Assembly: GCA_043805735.1 (NCBI GenBank)
Contig: JAZDHS010000024.1
Location: forward strand, 2,792 to 66,791
Origin: Candidatus Omnitrophota bacterium
GTDB taxonomy: Bacteria; Omnitrophota; Gorgyraeia; JAFGHF01
Direction of reading: 5' to 3'
Length of the DNA: 64,000 nucleotides
The notes beneath the pieces are model-generated. The model did not search any database. It was not told the DNA's origin and worked only from the letters and a program-made list of their open reading frames with translations. Made by a program: the position numbers and the translations under genes. Each line of letters begins with the position of its first letter. Position 1 is the first letter of the stretch. This document shows positions 18,845 to 28,090 of this stretch, piece by piece.

Positions 18845-20029
18845 ATGGACGAAGCTAATAGAATGAAAAGATTACCACTGTATCTTTTTACCATTCTTGA
18901 CCATCTTAAAGAAGAGGCAAAAAGTAAAGGCTTGGAAATGGTCGATCTGGGGATGGGCAATCCCGATCTGCCCACACCGAAACATATCATCGATGAACTC
19001 TGTGAGCAGGCCCGTAAACCGGAGAACCACGGTTATCCCCGGCCAAACGAGCCGGCGGAGAAAAAATTAAAACTAGCGATTGCCAACTGGTATAAAGAAC
19101 GTTTTAACGTTGACTTAGACCCACAAACAGAGGTCCTGCCTTTAATCGGTTCCAAAGAAGGCGTGGCTCATCTTTCGCTGGCATTCCTCAATCACGACGA
19201 CATGGCCCTCGTACCCAGTCCAGGATATCCGGTGCACTTTAACGGGGTAGTGATGGCCGGTGGCATCCTTTATAATATCCCGATGACCGAAGAAAATGAT
19301 TTTAAGCCGGATTTAAAAAATATCAGCAAGAGCGTAATCAATATGTCGAAAATGCTTTTCATCAGCTATCCGCATAACCCGACCGGCGCGGTGGTTGACC
19401 TGGATTTTTATAACGAGGTGGCTCATTGGTCAAAGAACAAAGATATTATTATCGCCAGTGACGTGGCCTATTCGGACATCGTCTTTGACGGCTATAAGGC
19501 ACCGAGCATGCTGCAGGTAAAAGGTATTAAAGATAAGGTCATTGAATTCCACACGCTCTCTAAATCTTACAATATGGCCGGCTGGAGGATCGGGTTTGCT
19601 GTCGGCTCAAAAGCGATTATCACCTCGCTGGCAAAAACCAAAAGTTATATCGATTTCGGCATCTTTCCGCCGATTCAATACGCGGCCATCAAGGCCTTAA
19701 GCGGCCCACAGGATTGCGTGAAGCAATTAGTGGAAATCTACAAAAAGAGAATGGATGTATTTGTCGATGGCCTAAACGGCATCGGCTGGAACGTCAAAAA
19801 ACCCAAAGCCACTTTTTATGTCTGGGCGCGGATTCCTTTAAAATATGACGCCCTCACTTCGATGGAATTTGCCGAGCTTTTAGTCAACGAGGCCGGGGTA
19901 GTCGCGGCTCCCGGCATCGGTTTTGGCGAATACGGTGAAGGTTATGTGCGTTTTGCACTCATCGAAGAAGAAAAGAAACTTAAATTGGCCTGCGAACGGA
20001 TCAAAAAAGTATTGGCTATGAGAAGCTAG
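18845..20029 (+). CDS. PLP-dependent aminotransferase class I/II (LL-DAP aminotransferase/AlaC-like)
   Basis: DLGMGNPDLPTP, LIGSKEG, YPHNPTG, SKSYNMAGWRIGF, PGIGFGEYGEGYVRF. Confidence 0.88.
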   Translation: MDEANRMKRLPLYLFTILDHLKEEAKSKGLEMVDLGMGNPDLPTPKHIIDELCEQARKPENHGYPRPNEPAEKKLKLAIANWYKERFNVDLDPQTEVLPLIGSKEGVAHLSLAFLNHDDMALVPSPGYPVHFNGVVMAGGILYNIPMTEENDFKPDLKNISKSVINMSKMLFISYPHNPTGAVVDLDFYNEVAHWSKNKDIIIASDVAYSDIVFDGYKAPSMLQVKGIKDKVIEFHTLSKSYNMAGWRIGFAVGSKAIITSLAKTKSYIDFGIFPPIQYAAIKALSGPQDCVKQLVEIYKKRMDVFVDGLNGIGWNVKKPKATFYVWARIPLKYDALTSMEFAELLVNEAGVVAAPGIGFGEYGEGYVRFALIEEEKKLKLACERIKKVLAMRS

Positions 20030-20054
20030 GTCATATTTGGGCTTGTTTTTTTCA

Positions 20055-20083
20055 TTGACAAGTCTAACAAAGTATAGTAAAAT
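20055..20083 (+). promoter_or_regulatory. Sigma70-type promoter upstream of the diguanylate cyclase
   Basis: TTGACA-17nt-TAAAAT. Confidence 0.8.
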
Positions 20084-20205
20084 CGACAAAACTGTAAATG
20101 CAGGGGACCGATCAGTAATTTAAGCACAGGGGTGGCAGGGGAAAAGCGCATCCCTATTTTTTTTAGTTTATTGTAAATAAATTTAAAAACAAATTTATTA
20201 AGCGC

Positions 20206-21420
20206 ATGAAAAAAACATTTTTAGATTTACGCATTGTAGTGCTGGCTGTGGGGCTAATTGGATTAGTGGTCCTTAGACAACTGATCCAGTCCTTTGGCGT
20301 TTCTTTAGGTTATCTTTATATTACCCTGATTTCTTTGGCCGGGTTTTGGTTTGGCGTAAGGGGGGGGCTAATCGCCGCGCTAGTCGCCGCTTTAATCTGT
20401 ATATTGGAGCTTAGCCACTTTAGTTATTGGCAAAACAGAAGCATCGCGATGATGGGAATGTCTTTACGTATCCTGGTTTATATTCTAACAGGCCTCTCCA
20501 TCGGCTATTTTGCCACTGAGGAAAAAAAGCTAAAAGAAAAACTGCAGGCCCTTTCTCAATTTGACGAGCTCACCGGATGCGTAAATTACCGTTGGGCAAT
20601 GAAGTTATTGGAGAACGAAATCTTACGCGCCAAACGCTATCACAACGAAATGTCGGTGGTGCTGATCGACCTCGATCATTTCAAAAAAGTGAATGATACT
20701 TACGGCCATCTCGTCGGTAACGACGTACTTAGGATTTTCGCCCAAGTTTTGGCGCAAAGCGTGCGCAATGTAGACACCGTTTGCAGATACGGGGGGGAGG
20801 AATTTTTACTTATCCTTCCCGAGGCTAGTTTGCAACAGGCAGCGTTTGTCCTACAGCGAATTAAATCAAAACTTGCCCAAACAAAAATTACCTCCACTTT
20901 CTTAAAGGCTGAAAAGTCTCTGGGCATCACCTTTAGCGCCGGCGGCGCGGCATTTCCTTTAAACGGCGATAAACTCGAGAGCCTAATTCATATTGCCGAC
21001 ACCGCACTGTATCAGGCCAAACAATCGGGAAGAAACCGCTCTATCGTTGATCGGCGCCGATGGGCGAGGGTTAAACCGCCGGGTGATTTTAAACTCGAAA
21101 TCACCCAGTTGTCGACTAGTGATTTTCAGCGCTTTGAGATTGAAAATATTGGTGTTGGAGGCATGCTGATTCTTTTCCCCCAGGCAGTAAGCTACGCCCG
21201 CAATGTGCTCGTTCTTTTTCCCCAACGTTTCCCATATGTGAATTTTTCCTCAACGCTGAATATTCCCGGAAAAACCTACTCTTACGATGTTCAGTGTAAG
21301 GTAATCCATCAGTCTAAACAAGACCAAAGCTGGCACCGCGTCGGAGTGCAATTTTTGGACTTAGCCAAGGACAGAGAAGAAAAGCTCGCCCATTATTTAC
21401 AAAGTCAGGAAGTCAATTAG
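20206..21420 (+). CDS. Membrane diguanylate cyclase with C-terminal PilZ domain
   Basis: Hydrophobic N-terminus; DLDHFKKVNDTYGH, I-site RNVD, GGEEF; PilZ-like RRRWAR and ENIGVGG. Confidence 0.92.
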   Translation: MKKTFLDLRIVVLAVGLIGLVVLRQLIQSFGVSLGYLYITLISLAGFWFGVRGGLIAALVAALICILELSHFSYWQNRSIAMMGMSLRILVYILTGLSIGYFATEEKKLKEKLQALSQFDELTGCVNYRWAMKLLENEILRAKRYHNEMSVVLIDLDHFKKVNDTYGHLVGNDVLRIFAQVLAQSVRNVDTVCRYGGEEFLLILPEASLQQAAFVLQRIKSKLAQTKITSTFLKAEKSLGITFSAGGAAFPLNGDKLESLIHIADTALYQAKQSGRNRSIVDRRRWARVKPPGDFKLEITQLSTSDFQRFEIENIGVGGMLILFPQAVSYARNVLVLFPQRFPYVNFSSTLNIPGKTYSYDVQCKVIHQSKQDQSWHRVGVQFLDLAKDREEKLAHYLQSQEVN

Positions 21421-21455
21421 GCCTTTTAAGTGCTTTTACGGCCTCAAGATTATAC

Positions 21456-21484
21456 TTGAGGCTTTTTTATTTTGGCAGTATAAT
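21456..21484 (+). promoter_or_regulatory. Sigma70-type promoter for marC
   Basis: TTGAGG-17nt-TATAAT. Confidence 0.65.
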
Positions 21485-21512
21485 ACAATTCGGGAAAGGA
21501 GCGAAGTTGGCC

Positions 21513-22100
21513 ATGTGGAAAGAGTTCTTGCTTGTCTTTATTCCGTTATTCGTAGCCGTAGATGCCATCGGCGTACTGCCGATATTTATCTCGCTTACCC
21601 AAGGGTACGGTAAAAGAGAAAAAAATAGGATTATCATACAATCGATTTTTACTGCGCTTTGCCTAGCAATTGCTTTTCTATTTCTGGGTAAGGCGGTCTT
21701 TCGCTTCCTCAATATCACGATCGGTGATTTCTTAGTCGCCGGAGGGATCCTGCTTTTCTGCATCGCCATCCTCGACATCGTCAATCCCACTAAACAACGC
21801 CGGATACCCACCCAGGAAATTGCCAGCGTACCTTTGGGGACACCCTTAATCGTTGGTCCAGCGGTGTTAACCACTTCGCTGATCATGCTGCAGCAGCACG
21901 GCTTAGTTCTAACGCTGGGAGCAGTTTTAGCTAACGTGCTCCTTGGTGCACTAATCTTTTCGCTCTCAGGAGTAATTATCAAAACAATCGGCGAGTCCGG
22001 CACACGCGCTCTTTCCAAGATTGCGGCCTTATTTTTATCCGCCATAGCCGTAATGATGGTGCGCAAAGGAATCATCTTTTTACTCGCCCTCCGCGTATAA
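21513..22100 (+). CDS. MarC family membrane protein
   Basis: PLFVAVDAIGVLPIF, VPLGTPLIVGPA; ATG downstream of SD aaggag. Confidence 0.93.
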   Translation: MWKEFLLVFIPLFVAVDAIGVLPIFISLTQGYGKREKNRIIIQSIFTALCLAIAFLFLGKAVFRFLNITIGDFLVAGGILLFCIAILDIVNPTKQRRIPTQEIASVPLGTPLIVGPAVLTTSLIMLQQHGLVLTLGAVLANVLLGALIFSLSGVIIKTIGESGTRALSKIAALFLSAIAVMMVRKGIIFLLALRV

Positions 22101-22133
22101 CCAGCCCGAAACACTACCAATCGGCATTAACGC

Positions 22134-22162
22134 TTGACAAAGTAGAATGAAACAGGTATTCT
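22134..22162 (+). promoter_or_regulatory. Sigma70-type promoter
   Basis: TTGACA-17nt-TATTCT. Confidence 0.75.
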
Positions 22163-22187
22163 ACTTTAACTATCACGAGGAAAACCG

Positions 22188-22844
22188 ATGAGCGACGTAA
22201 AGACAAAATCGCTATCTGCGCTGGAACAAAAAATGCAGGGTTTAAGCAGTGACTCACTGCGTTACCAAATTCTTAACCATACCAAGCATTTTAAGACCTC
22301 CTGGGTAGAACTGGGCCAGGCCCTTTATTCAGCGTGGAAAGATAAGCTCTATAAGGAGTGGGGTTTTAGCACCTTCGAGGCCTATACGGCGAAAGAAATC
22401 GGTATCCGTTCACAAACCGCGCTCAAACTTTTGCGTTCGTATTATTTTCTGGAAAAGGAAGAACCGCGATTACTGCGTAAAGAATATGCCGATCAGGCCC
22501 AGGCCTCGAGCATGCCGACGTTGGACTCAATCGATACCTTAAGGTTGGCTCAAAAAAAGAGCTTGGACAAGGAAGATTTTTTACGGATTAAAAATAATGT
22601 GCTCGAAAAGGGCAAAGATGCCAAAGAGATCAAAAAAGACTTAACCCTCTTAATGCAGCAAAGGCAAGAACTGGAGCCGGAAGAAGCGCGGCAAAAAAGG
22701 AAACTCACCCAGTTACGACGGTTGATTAGTGTTTTAACATCGCTGCGCGAGGAAATAGCGGTTGCCAAGGCTCTACCCGCAGCGATGATTAAAGAGATCG
22801 ACAAGTTAATCCGCAATCTAACCGAACAAATGCCACAACCATAA
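22188..22844 (+). CDS. Hypothetical helical protein, DUF3102-like putative DNA-binding
   Basis: SD gagg; WVELGQAL...LYKEWGFSTFEAY...EIGIRSQTALKL; coiled-coil C-terminus. Confidence 0.75.
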   Translation: MSDVKTKSLSALEQKMQGLSSDSLRYQILNHTKHFKTSWVELGQALYSAWKDKLYKEWGFSTFEAYTAKEIGIRSQTALKLLRSYYFLEKEEPRLLRKEYADQAQASSMPTLDSIDTLRLAQKKSLDKEDFLRIKNNVLEKGKDAKEIKKDLTLLMQQRQELEPEEARQKRKLTQLRRLISVLTSLREEIAVAKALPAAMIKEIDKLIRNLTEQMPQP

Positions 22845-22863
22845 AGGCGAAGGGAGGAAGCAA

Positions 22864-23100
22864 ATGCCTTACGACAGCAGCATGGATCAATCGTTATATT
22901 CAAAATCATGGGAAAACGATACCGGCCGGCTCACGGTCAGCGTCTTTTCCTATAATAAAGGGCAAAAAAAAATACAGCTTTCCCGCGAAAATAGGGATCC
23001 GCAAGGGGAATTTCGTTTTGCTAAGTTGGGAAGACTGACCAAGGAAGAAATAACGGCAATTATACCCTTCATTCAAGACGCAGTAAAGATGATGGATTAA
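22864..23100 (+). CDS. Small protein, possibly PC4/YdbC-like ssDNA-binding fold
   Basis: SD ggagg; beta-rich RLTVSVFSYN...IQLSR...KLGRLTKEE followed by a helix. Confidence 0.7.
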   Translation: MPYDSSMDQSLYSKSWENDTGRLTVSVFSYNKGQKKIQLSRENRDPQGEFRFAKLGRLTKEEITAIIPFIQDAVKMMD

Positions 23101-23109
23101 TGAGGAGCT

Positions 23110-24507
23110 TCAGGTAAGATAGACCTGTTGATTTCTCTTGGGGATAACAACGGGGATATTCAGTGATTTTATCGCACTACGTAAGTCATCTGACTGTTCA
23201 AGCTCGCCGTGGACAATAAAGACTTTCTTCAGCTTTCCCCGGCACTCCTTGACGTAACGAATTAAATCATACCGATCGGCATGCGCGCTAAAGGCATCTA
23301 AAATCGCAATTTCCGCCTTTACGTGGTAAGGCCTACCGAAAATATTGACCATCGGGCTATGCTCGATGAGTTTCCTGCCTAATGTGTCTTTCGGCATAAA
23401 CCCGACAATGACAATCGTGTTATAGGGGTTTTCGATATTATTCTTGAGATGGTGCAGGATCCTACCGTTTTCGCATGATCCGGCAGCGGAAATAATAATC
23501 ATCGGCCCGGACTTGTCATTGAGTTTCTTGGAAAGATTAACGTTACTGATATAAGTAATATTTTTGTGCTCCAGGGGGCTTAATTGCTGTTTAAACAGCT
23601 CCTGGGTCTGACTGTCAAAATATTCCCAGCTATTTTGAAACACTTTGGTAATATTTACGGCTAAAGGGCTATCTAAGTAAATCGGAATATCTTTGATCTT
23701 TTTTTGCCGCATCAGCCGAGAAAGAAAAAAAAGCACTTCCTGAGCCCGCTCGAGTGCAAAAGAGGGGATAATAATCTTACCTCCGCGCTTTACCGTGCGA
23801 TTAATTATCTTAGCAAGGCGCTCCTCCAGGGTGTCAATGTCGGAATGCGTCCGGCCACCATAGGTACTTTCGATAATCAAATAGTCGACGCCCTTAGGAG
23901 CTTCCGGGCTCTTGAGGAAGGGTAAACGGGGGCGGCCTAAATCTACAGCATAGGCAATTCTGCTCACGCCGCGTTTAGTATAAATATCGAAGGTGGGGAT
24001 AGAAGAACCCAAAATATGCCCGGCATTAAAAAAAGTTAATTCACTATCCTTAGCCAGGCTAAGTTTACGGTGATATTCCAAGGTCCGTAAATATTTGAGG
24101 GACTTTTCGGCTTCACTTTGGTCGTAAAGGGCAAAACGTTCAGGCAGGCCTCTTCTTTTATTGATTTTATTGACGTACTTTACGTCTTCCTCTTGGACAT
24201 AACCGCTGTCCGGTAAAATATATTTGCAGAGGTCGCGAGTGGATGGGGTAAGGTAGGCCTTGCCTTTAAAGCCTTGCTTGACCAGGGTAGGAAAATTGCC
24301 GCAATGGTCAATATGGGCGTGGGAGATCACGCAACAATCAAGCTCGGCAGGGTTAAAAGGAAAACGGGCGTTAACCGTATAAAATTCGTCTCGGTGCCCC
24401 TGGAATAAACCGACATCGATTAAAATTCGCGTGTTCTCGGTGGTCAATAGGTGCATTGAACCGGTTACAGTTTCCGTACCACCACAAAACTGGATCATTG
24501 TTGCCAT
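23110..24507 (-). CDS. MBL-fold beta-CASP ribonuclease
   Basis: TVTGS, SHAHIDHCG, AGHILGS, IESTYG, FSAHAD, VHGE. Confidence 0.95.
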   Translation of the reverse strand: MATMIQFCGGTETVTGSMHLLTTENTRILIDVGLFQGHRDEFYTVNARFPFNPAELDCCVISHAHIDHCGNFPTLVKQGFKGKAYLTPSTRDLCKYILPDSGYVQEEDVKYVNKINKRRGLPERFALYDQSEAEKSLKYLRTLEYHRKLSLAKDSELTFFNAGHILGSSIPTFDIYTKRGVSRIAYAVDLGRPRLPFLKSPEAPKGVDYLIIESTYGGRTHSDIDTLEERLAKIINRTVKRGGKIIIPSFALERAQEVLFFLSRLMRQKKIKDIPIYLDSPLAVNITKVFQNSWEYFDSQTQELFKQQLSPLEHKNITYISNVNLSKKLNDKSGPMIIISAAGSCENGRILHHLKNNIENPYNTIVIVGFMPKDTLGRKLIEHSPMVNIFGRPYHVKAEIAILDAFSAHADRYDLIRYVKECRGKLKKVFIVHGELEQSDDLRSAIKSLNIPVVIPKRNQQVYLT

Positions 24508-24602
24508 AATAGCTTAATATGATAGTATAAATTGAAAAATTTTGCAATAGAAATTTAGTTTGATCTATGCTATATTATTCTCATAATTAAGGAGCGCTTA
24601 AG

Positions 24603-24767
24603 GTGGATAAAGTTCCGGTTCAGATTGATATTAAAAAAGTAACTAACAATCCTGATTTATTTGTGTTTACCGTGGCCACCCCAATGATTCGCTCTCAATT
24701 TCGCATTCCCCGCGCGATATTGAATCAATTACGCATCCTAATTGAGCGAGTGCTAACAAATAAATAA
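24603..24767 (+). CDS. Unannotated 54-aa small protein
   Basis: SD aaggag 24589-24594 and GTG start; MDKVPVQIDIKKVTNNPDLFVFTVATPMIRSQFRIPRAILNQLRILIERVLTNK*. Confidence 0.75.
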   Translation: MDKVPVQIDIKKVTNNPDLFVFTVATPMIRSQFRIPRAILNQLRILIERVLTNK

Positions 24768-24799
24768 TTGCGGCTACTACGTTTAACAAAGGAGCAGGC

Positions 24800-25027
24800 A
24801 TGAAAACATTAGTTATTTGTGTTTTCACCATAATTTTTTTGTCTTTTATTTTTGTCGAAAGCAATACCTGGCAGGCCGATGTCGTAAAAGAATACATCGG
24901 CAACGACGAATATATCGTCACTAAACACAGCCTTCACTGGGATCGATTTATCAATTATGTAATCGCTATCCCCTCCAAGATAGCGGAACAGGCGTCATCA
25001 TTATTTAAACAAGGGGGCCTTCGATGA
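24800..25027 (+). CDS. Small membrane-anchored or secreted hypothetical protein
   Basis: SD aaggag; N-terminal hydrophobic segment; ATGA overlap with the next gene. Confidence 0.75.
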   Translation: MKTLVICVFTIIFLSFIFVESNTWQADVVKEYIGNDEYIVTKHSLHWDRFINYVIAIPSKIAEQASSLFKQGGLR

Positions 25028-25377
25028 AACAATATACGGTAATACTTGCGCTGTTATCCTTTTTATTGCTGACGCTCTGCGGGTGCGCCACCATTAAAAC
25101 AACTTGCCAAACTAAAGACAATTTGACAAAGATTGAAATTGGGATGTCCAAGGGCGATTTAATCACCCTCATGGGCCAGCCCGAAGCTAGCGAGGAATTA
25201 GTTACTAAAGACGGCTCGCTTGTGGAGATTCTTAAATATCGCACCGGGTATAAACTGGAAGGCATTCCGATCTGGTGGCCATACACGCCGGTCTGCGTGC
25301 AAAACAAAGAAGTGATCGGCTGGGGCAGCAAGTTTTGTAAAAACAAAAAACGCGAGCTGGAGTTTATATTTCCCTAA
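25024..25377 (+). CDS. Lipoprotein, DUF3192/BamE-like
   Basis: Lipobox LCGC; IEIGMSKGDLITLMGQP, LKYRT, TPVC...VIGWG. Confidence 0.75.
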   Translation: MKQYTVILALLSFLLLTLCGCATIKTTCQTKDNLTKIEIGMSKGDLITLMGQPEASEELVTKDGSLVEILKYRTGYKLEGIPIWWPYTPVCVQNKEVIGWGSKFCKNKKRELEFIFP

Positions 25378-25380
25378 TTA

Positions 25381-26523
25381 ATGGACAGAAGAAATATACT
25401 AATTGTGCACATCTCCAATATCTCCGGCCACCGTGGCGCGAGTATCGCAATTGAAAAAGCTTTGCGAGAAATCAATGCGCCGGCGCAGATCCAGAGTATC
25501 AACGGCTTTGGCTATACTAATCCTCGCGCCGAGAGAGTCATTAACGCCCTCTATATGCTGGTCATCCAGAAAATTCCCGCTTTTTGGGAATATCTCTATG
25601 ACAACGAACGCGTGTTAGAGCGGCTCAAGAAAACCCGGACCTGGATTCATAAACGCCAAGAAAATAAAATTGCCCGGTTATTGGAAGAATACGCGCCTGA
25701 TATTGTGGTCTGCACTCAAGCCTTTCCCTGCGGCATGATCGCCGATTACAAGTGCCGGCACAACCTGCGGATTCCCTTAATGGCAGTATTAACCGACTAT
25801 GCCCCACATGGATACTGGTTACATCAAGGCATCGACATTTATGTTGTTCCCAGCGAAGAGGTAAAATCCCGCTTCATTCAACGCGGAATTGCCCCCGATT
25901 GTCTGATGCCGATCGGTATCCCGGTTAGCCCGGAGTTTTTACAACACCACCAGCGCCCAGAAACCTTCCGGCGCTATAACCTGGCTCCGGAAATCCCCGT
26001 AGCCTTAGTGATGGGCGGAGGCCAGGGCCTGGGACCAATTAAAGAGGTAACAGGACAACTCAATCGCGTATCTAGCCCCTTACAAATAGCGGTTGTCTGC
26101 GGTACAAATAAAAGGCTCTTCCTCTGGCTGAAAAAACGGCAACGCCTTTTTTCTAAACTGACCGTGGTGATTGGGCAAACCGATAACAACGTCATCAGCG
26201 AGCTAATGGATATCGCCGCCTTTATTGTCACCAAGCCCGGCGGCTTAACCACGGCGGAGGCTCTAAGTAAATCTCTGCCGATGATTATTATTGATCCTCT
26301 TCCCGGGCAGGAAAAATTTAATACCCGTTTTCTTCTGGAAGGCAAGGCGGCATTAAAAGTAAATACCCCGCGTGAACTGGGCTCACTTGCAGAAAAGCTG
26401 TTAAAATATCCGCGAGCCCTGCAAGAACTGCGAATGAGAGCAAAGAATCTGGCTTGCCCAGACTCAGCGCTAAAAATCGCTCGGCTGATACTGCAAACCA
26501 TGCAAAGATACAACAAAAACTGA
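25381..26523 (+). CDS. Diacylglycerol glycosyltransferase (MGDG synthase/UgtP, GT28)
   Basis: SGH, VLTDY, GIPV, MGGGQGLG, TKPGGLTTAEAL, PGQE. Confidence 0.92.
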   Translation: MDRRNILIVHISNISGHRGASIAIEKALREINAPAQIQSINGFGYTNPRAERVINALYMLVIQKIPAFWEYLYDNERVLERLKKTRTWIHKRQENKIARLLEEYAPDIVVCTQAFPCGMIADYKCRHNLRIPLMAVLTDYAPHGYWLHQGIDIYVVPSEEVKSRFIQRGIAPDCLMPIGIPVSPEFLQHHQRPETFRRYNLAPEIPVALVMGGGQGLGPIKEVTGQLNRVSSPLQIAVVCGTNKRLFLWLKKRQRLFSKLTVVIGQTDNNVISELMDIAAFIVTKPGGLTTAEALSKSLPMIIIDPLPGQEKFNTRFLLEGKAALKVNTPRELGSLAEKLLKYPRALQELRMRAKNLACPDSALKIARLILQTMQRYNKN

Positions 26524-26528
26524 CTCCG

Positions 26529-27416
26529 ATGCTTTACTATTTCTATAAATTCGCCGCGTTTTTAATCGGTATCTTGCCGATACGGGTAACTTATTTCCTG
26601 GCTGAACTTATTGCCAGCGGATATTTCTTTTTCGCCAAAAAAGACAAAATAAATCTGGCCCACAATCTGAGTGTCGTTTTAGAGTATACCCGCAATCCAC
26701 GCAATATCAACCGGGCCAGCCGGATGGTTTTTGTGAATTTTGCCTGGTATTTGGCTGAATTCCTACGCGCCGCAAAATTCGACCTTAATTACCTGCGCTC
26801 GCATGTAGAATTCCAGGGGAAAGAACATTTAGACCAGGCTTTAGAGCTTCGGAAAGGGGTAATCTTGGTCAGCGCGCATCTGGGAAACTGGGAATTAGGC
26901 AGCATGGTTGTCTCGATGTCGGGCTATCCGATGAATATTGTGGCTTGGACGCATAAGGATAAGAAAGTAAATAACTTCTTTATCCAACAGCGGCAAGAGA
27001 AGGGGGTCGCGGTAATTCCTTTGGGTGTAGCGGTAAGAAAGGTACTCACGGCATTAGCGGCTAATCAAGTAGTGGCTTTCGCCGGGGATATCGACTTTGC
27101 CAATCCCAAAGAGGGGATAAAAGTCAAACTTTTCGGTAAAGATACGCTGATGCCCAAAGGCCCAGCTACATTTAGTTTAAAAACCGGCGCGCCGCTGGTA
27201 CCGACTTTTATGATTAGAGAGCATCCGGATCGCTTTAGGCTGATTCTGCAAGCACCGATATTGCCGGAGAGTTCCGGCGACTCTGACGCTGATAGAATAC
27301 GGCTTACTGAAAAAATCGCGCAAAAGATGGAGGCGATGATTGCCCGCTATCCTGAACAATGGTTTATGCCTACCCCGCGTTGGCAAACGCCGCAAAATAG
27401 CAAGGCCGATCGATGA
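26529..27416 (+). CDS. Lipid acyltransferase, LpxL/HtrB/PatA family
   Basis: SAHLGNWE, LFG...MPKGPA, YPEQW. Confidence 0.9.
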   Translation: MLYYFYKFAAFLIGILPIRVTYFLAELIASGYFFFAKKDKINLAHNLSVVLEYTRNPRNINRASRMVFVNFAWYLAEFLRAAKFDLNYLRSHVEFQGKEHLDQALELRKGVILVSAHLGNWELGSMVVSMSGYPMNIVAWTHKDKKVNNFFIQQRQEKGVAVIPLGVAVRKVLTALAANQVVAFAGDIDFANPKEGIKVKLFGKDTLMPKGPATFSLKTGAPLVPTFMIREHPDRFRLILQAPILPESSGDSDADRIRLTEKIAQKMEAMIARYPEQWFMPTPRWQTPQNSKADR

Positions 27417-28090
27417 ATATCTGCGTACTTATACCTTCATTTAACGAAGCTAAAACAATCGCCCAATTAGTAAAACGGGTGTTAGCGCAGCATTTAGTCG
27501 TCGTTGTCGTCGATGACGGCTCCGCGGATACTACGGCCGAAGTAGCCGCTGCCGCCGGGGCCGCTGTGCTTAAGCATCCGCACAATAAAGGTAAAGGCGC
27601 GGCTTTAAAAAACGGTTTCCGTTTTGCCTTAAACAAAAAATACGACGCCGTCATTACTATGGACGGCGATGACCAGCACAGCCCCGACGATATTGCACAC
27701 TTTATTCAAGCGGCTTTAACCTCTGACGCTGATATTATCGTCGGTAACCGGATGACTGCCAGCCGAAAAATGCCCAAGGTCCGCTGGCTAACCAATAAGG
27801 CGATGTCCTCTCTGGTATCGCTTATTTGCCGCAGGAAGATCCCCGACAGCCAATGCGGTTTTCGCTTGTTTAAACGCGCGGTTTTAGCCGAGATGAACCC
27901 CTTAAGCGATAACTACGAAATTGAAACCGAAATCCTGATTGAGGCTAGCCGCAAAGGCTTTAAAATTAGTTCTATTCCTATTCAAACCATTTATACTTCC
28001 AAGGTGGGCAGCATCAATCCAGTCATCGATACTATCCGCTTTATCCGATACCTGCTGAGAATGCTGTTTACGTTTAATCCTAACAAATGA
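27413..28090 (+). CDS. GT2 glycosyltransferase (polyprenol-phosphate sugar synthase-like)
   Basis: IPSFNE, VDDGSAD, NKGKG, MDGDDQH, DSQCGFR. Confidence 0.93.
   Translation: MNICVLIPSFNEAKTIAQLVKRVLAQHLVVVVVDDGSADTTAEVAAAAGAAVLKHPHNKGKGAALKNGFRFALNKKYDAVITMDGDDQHSPDDIAHFIQAALTSDADIIVGNRMTASRKMPKVRWLTNKAMSSLVSLICRRKIPDSQCGFRLFKRAVLAEMNPLSDNYEIETEILIEASRKGFKISSIPIQTIYTSKVGSINPVIDTIRFIRYLLRMLFTFNPNK

Noticed and set aside
21467-22120. 217-aa minus-strand ORF
   Set aside because: Antisense shadow of marC with no recognisable motifs.
24667-24921. 84-aa minus-strand ORF
   Set aside because: Overlaps two better-supported + strand ORFs that have SD sequences.
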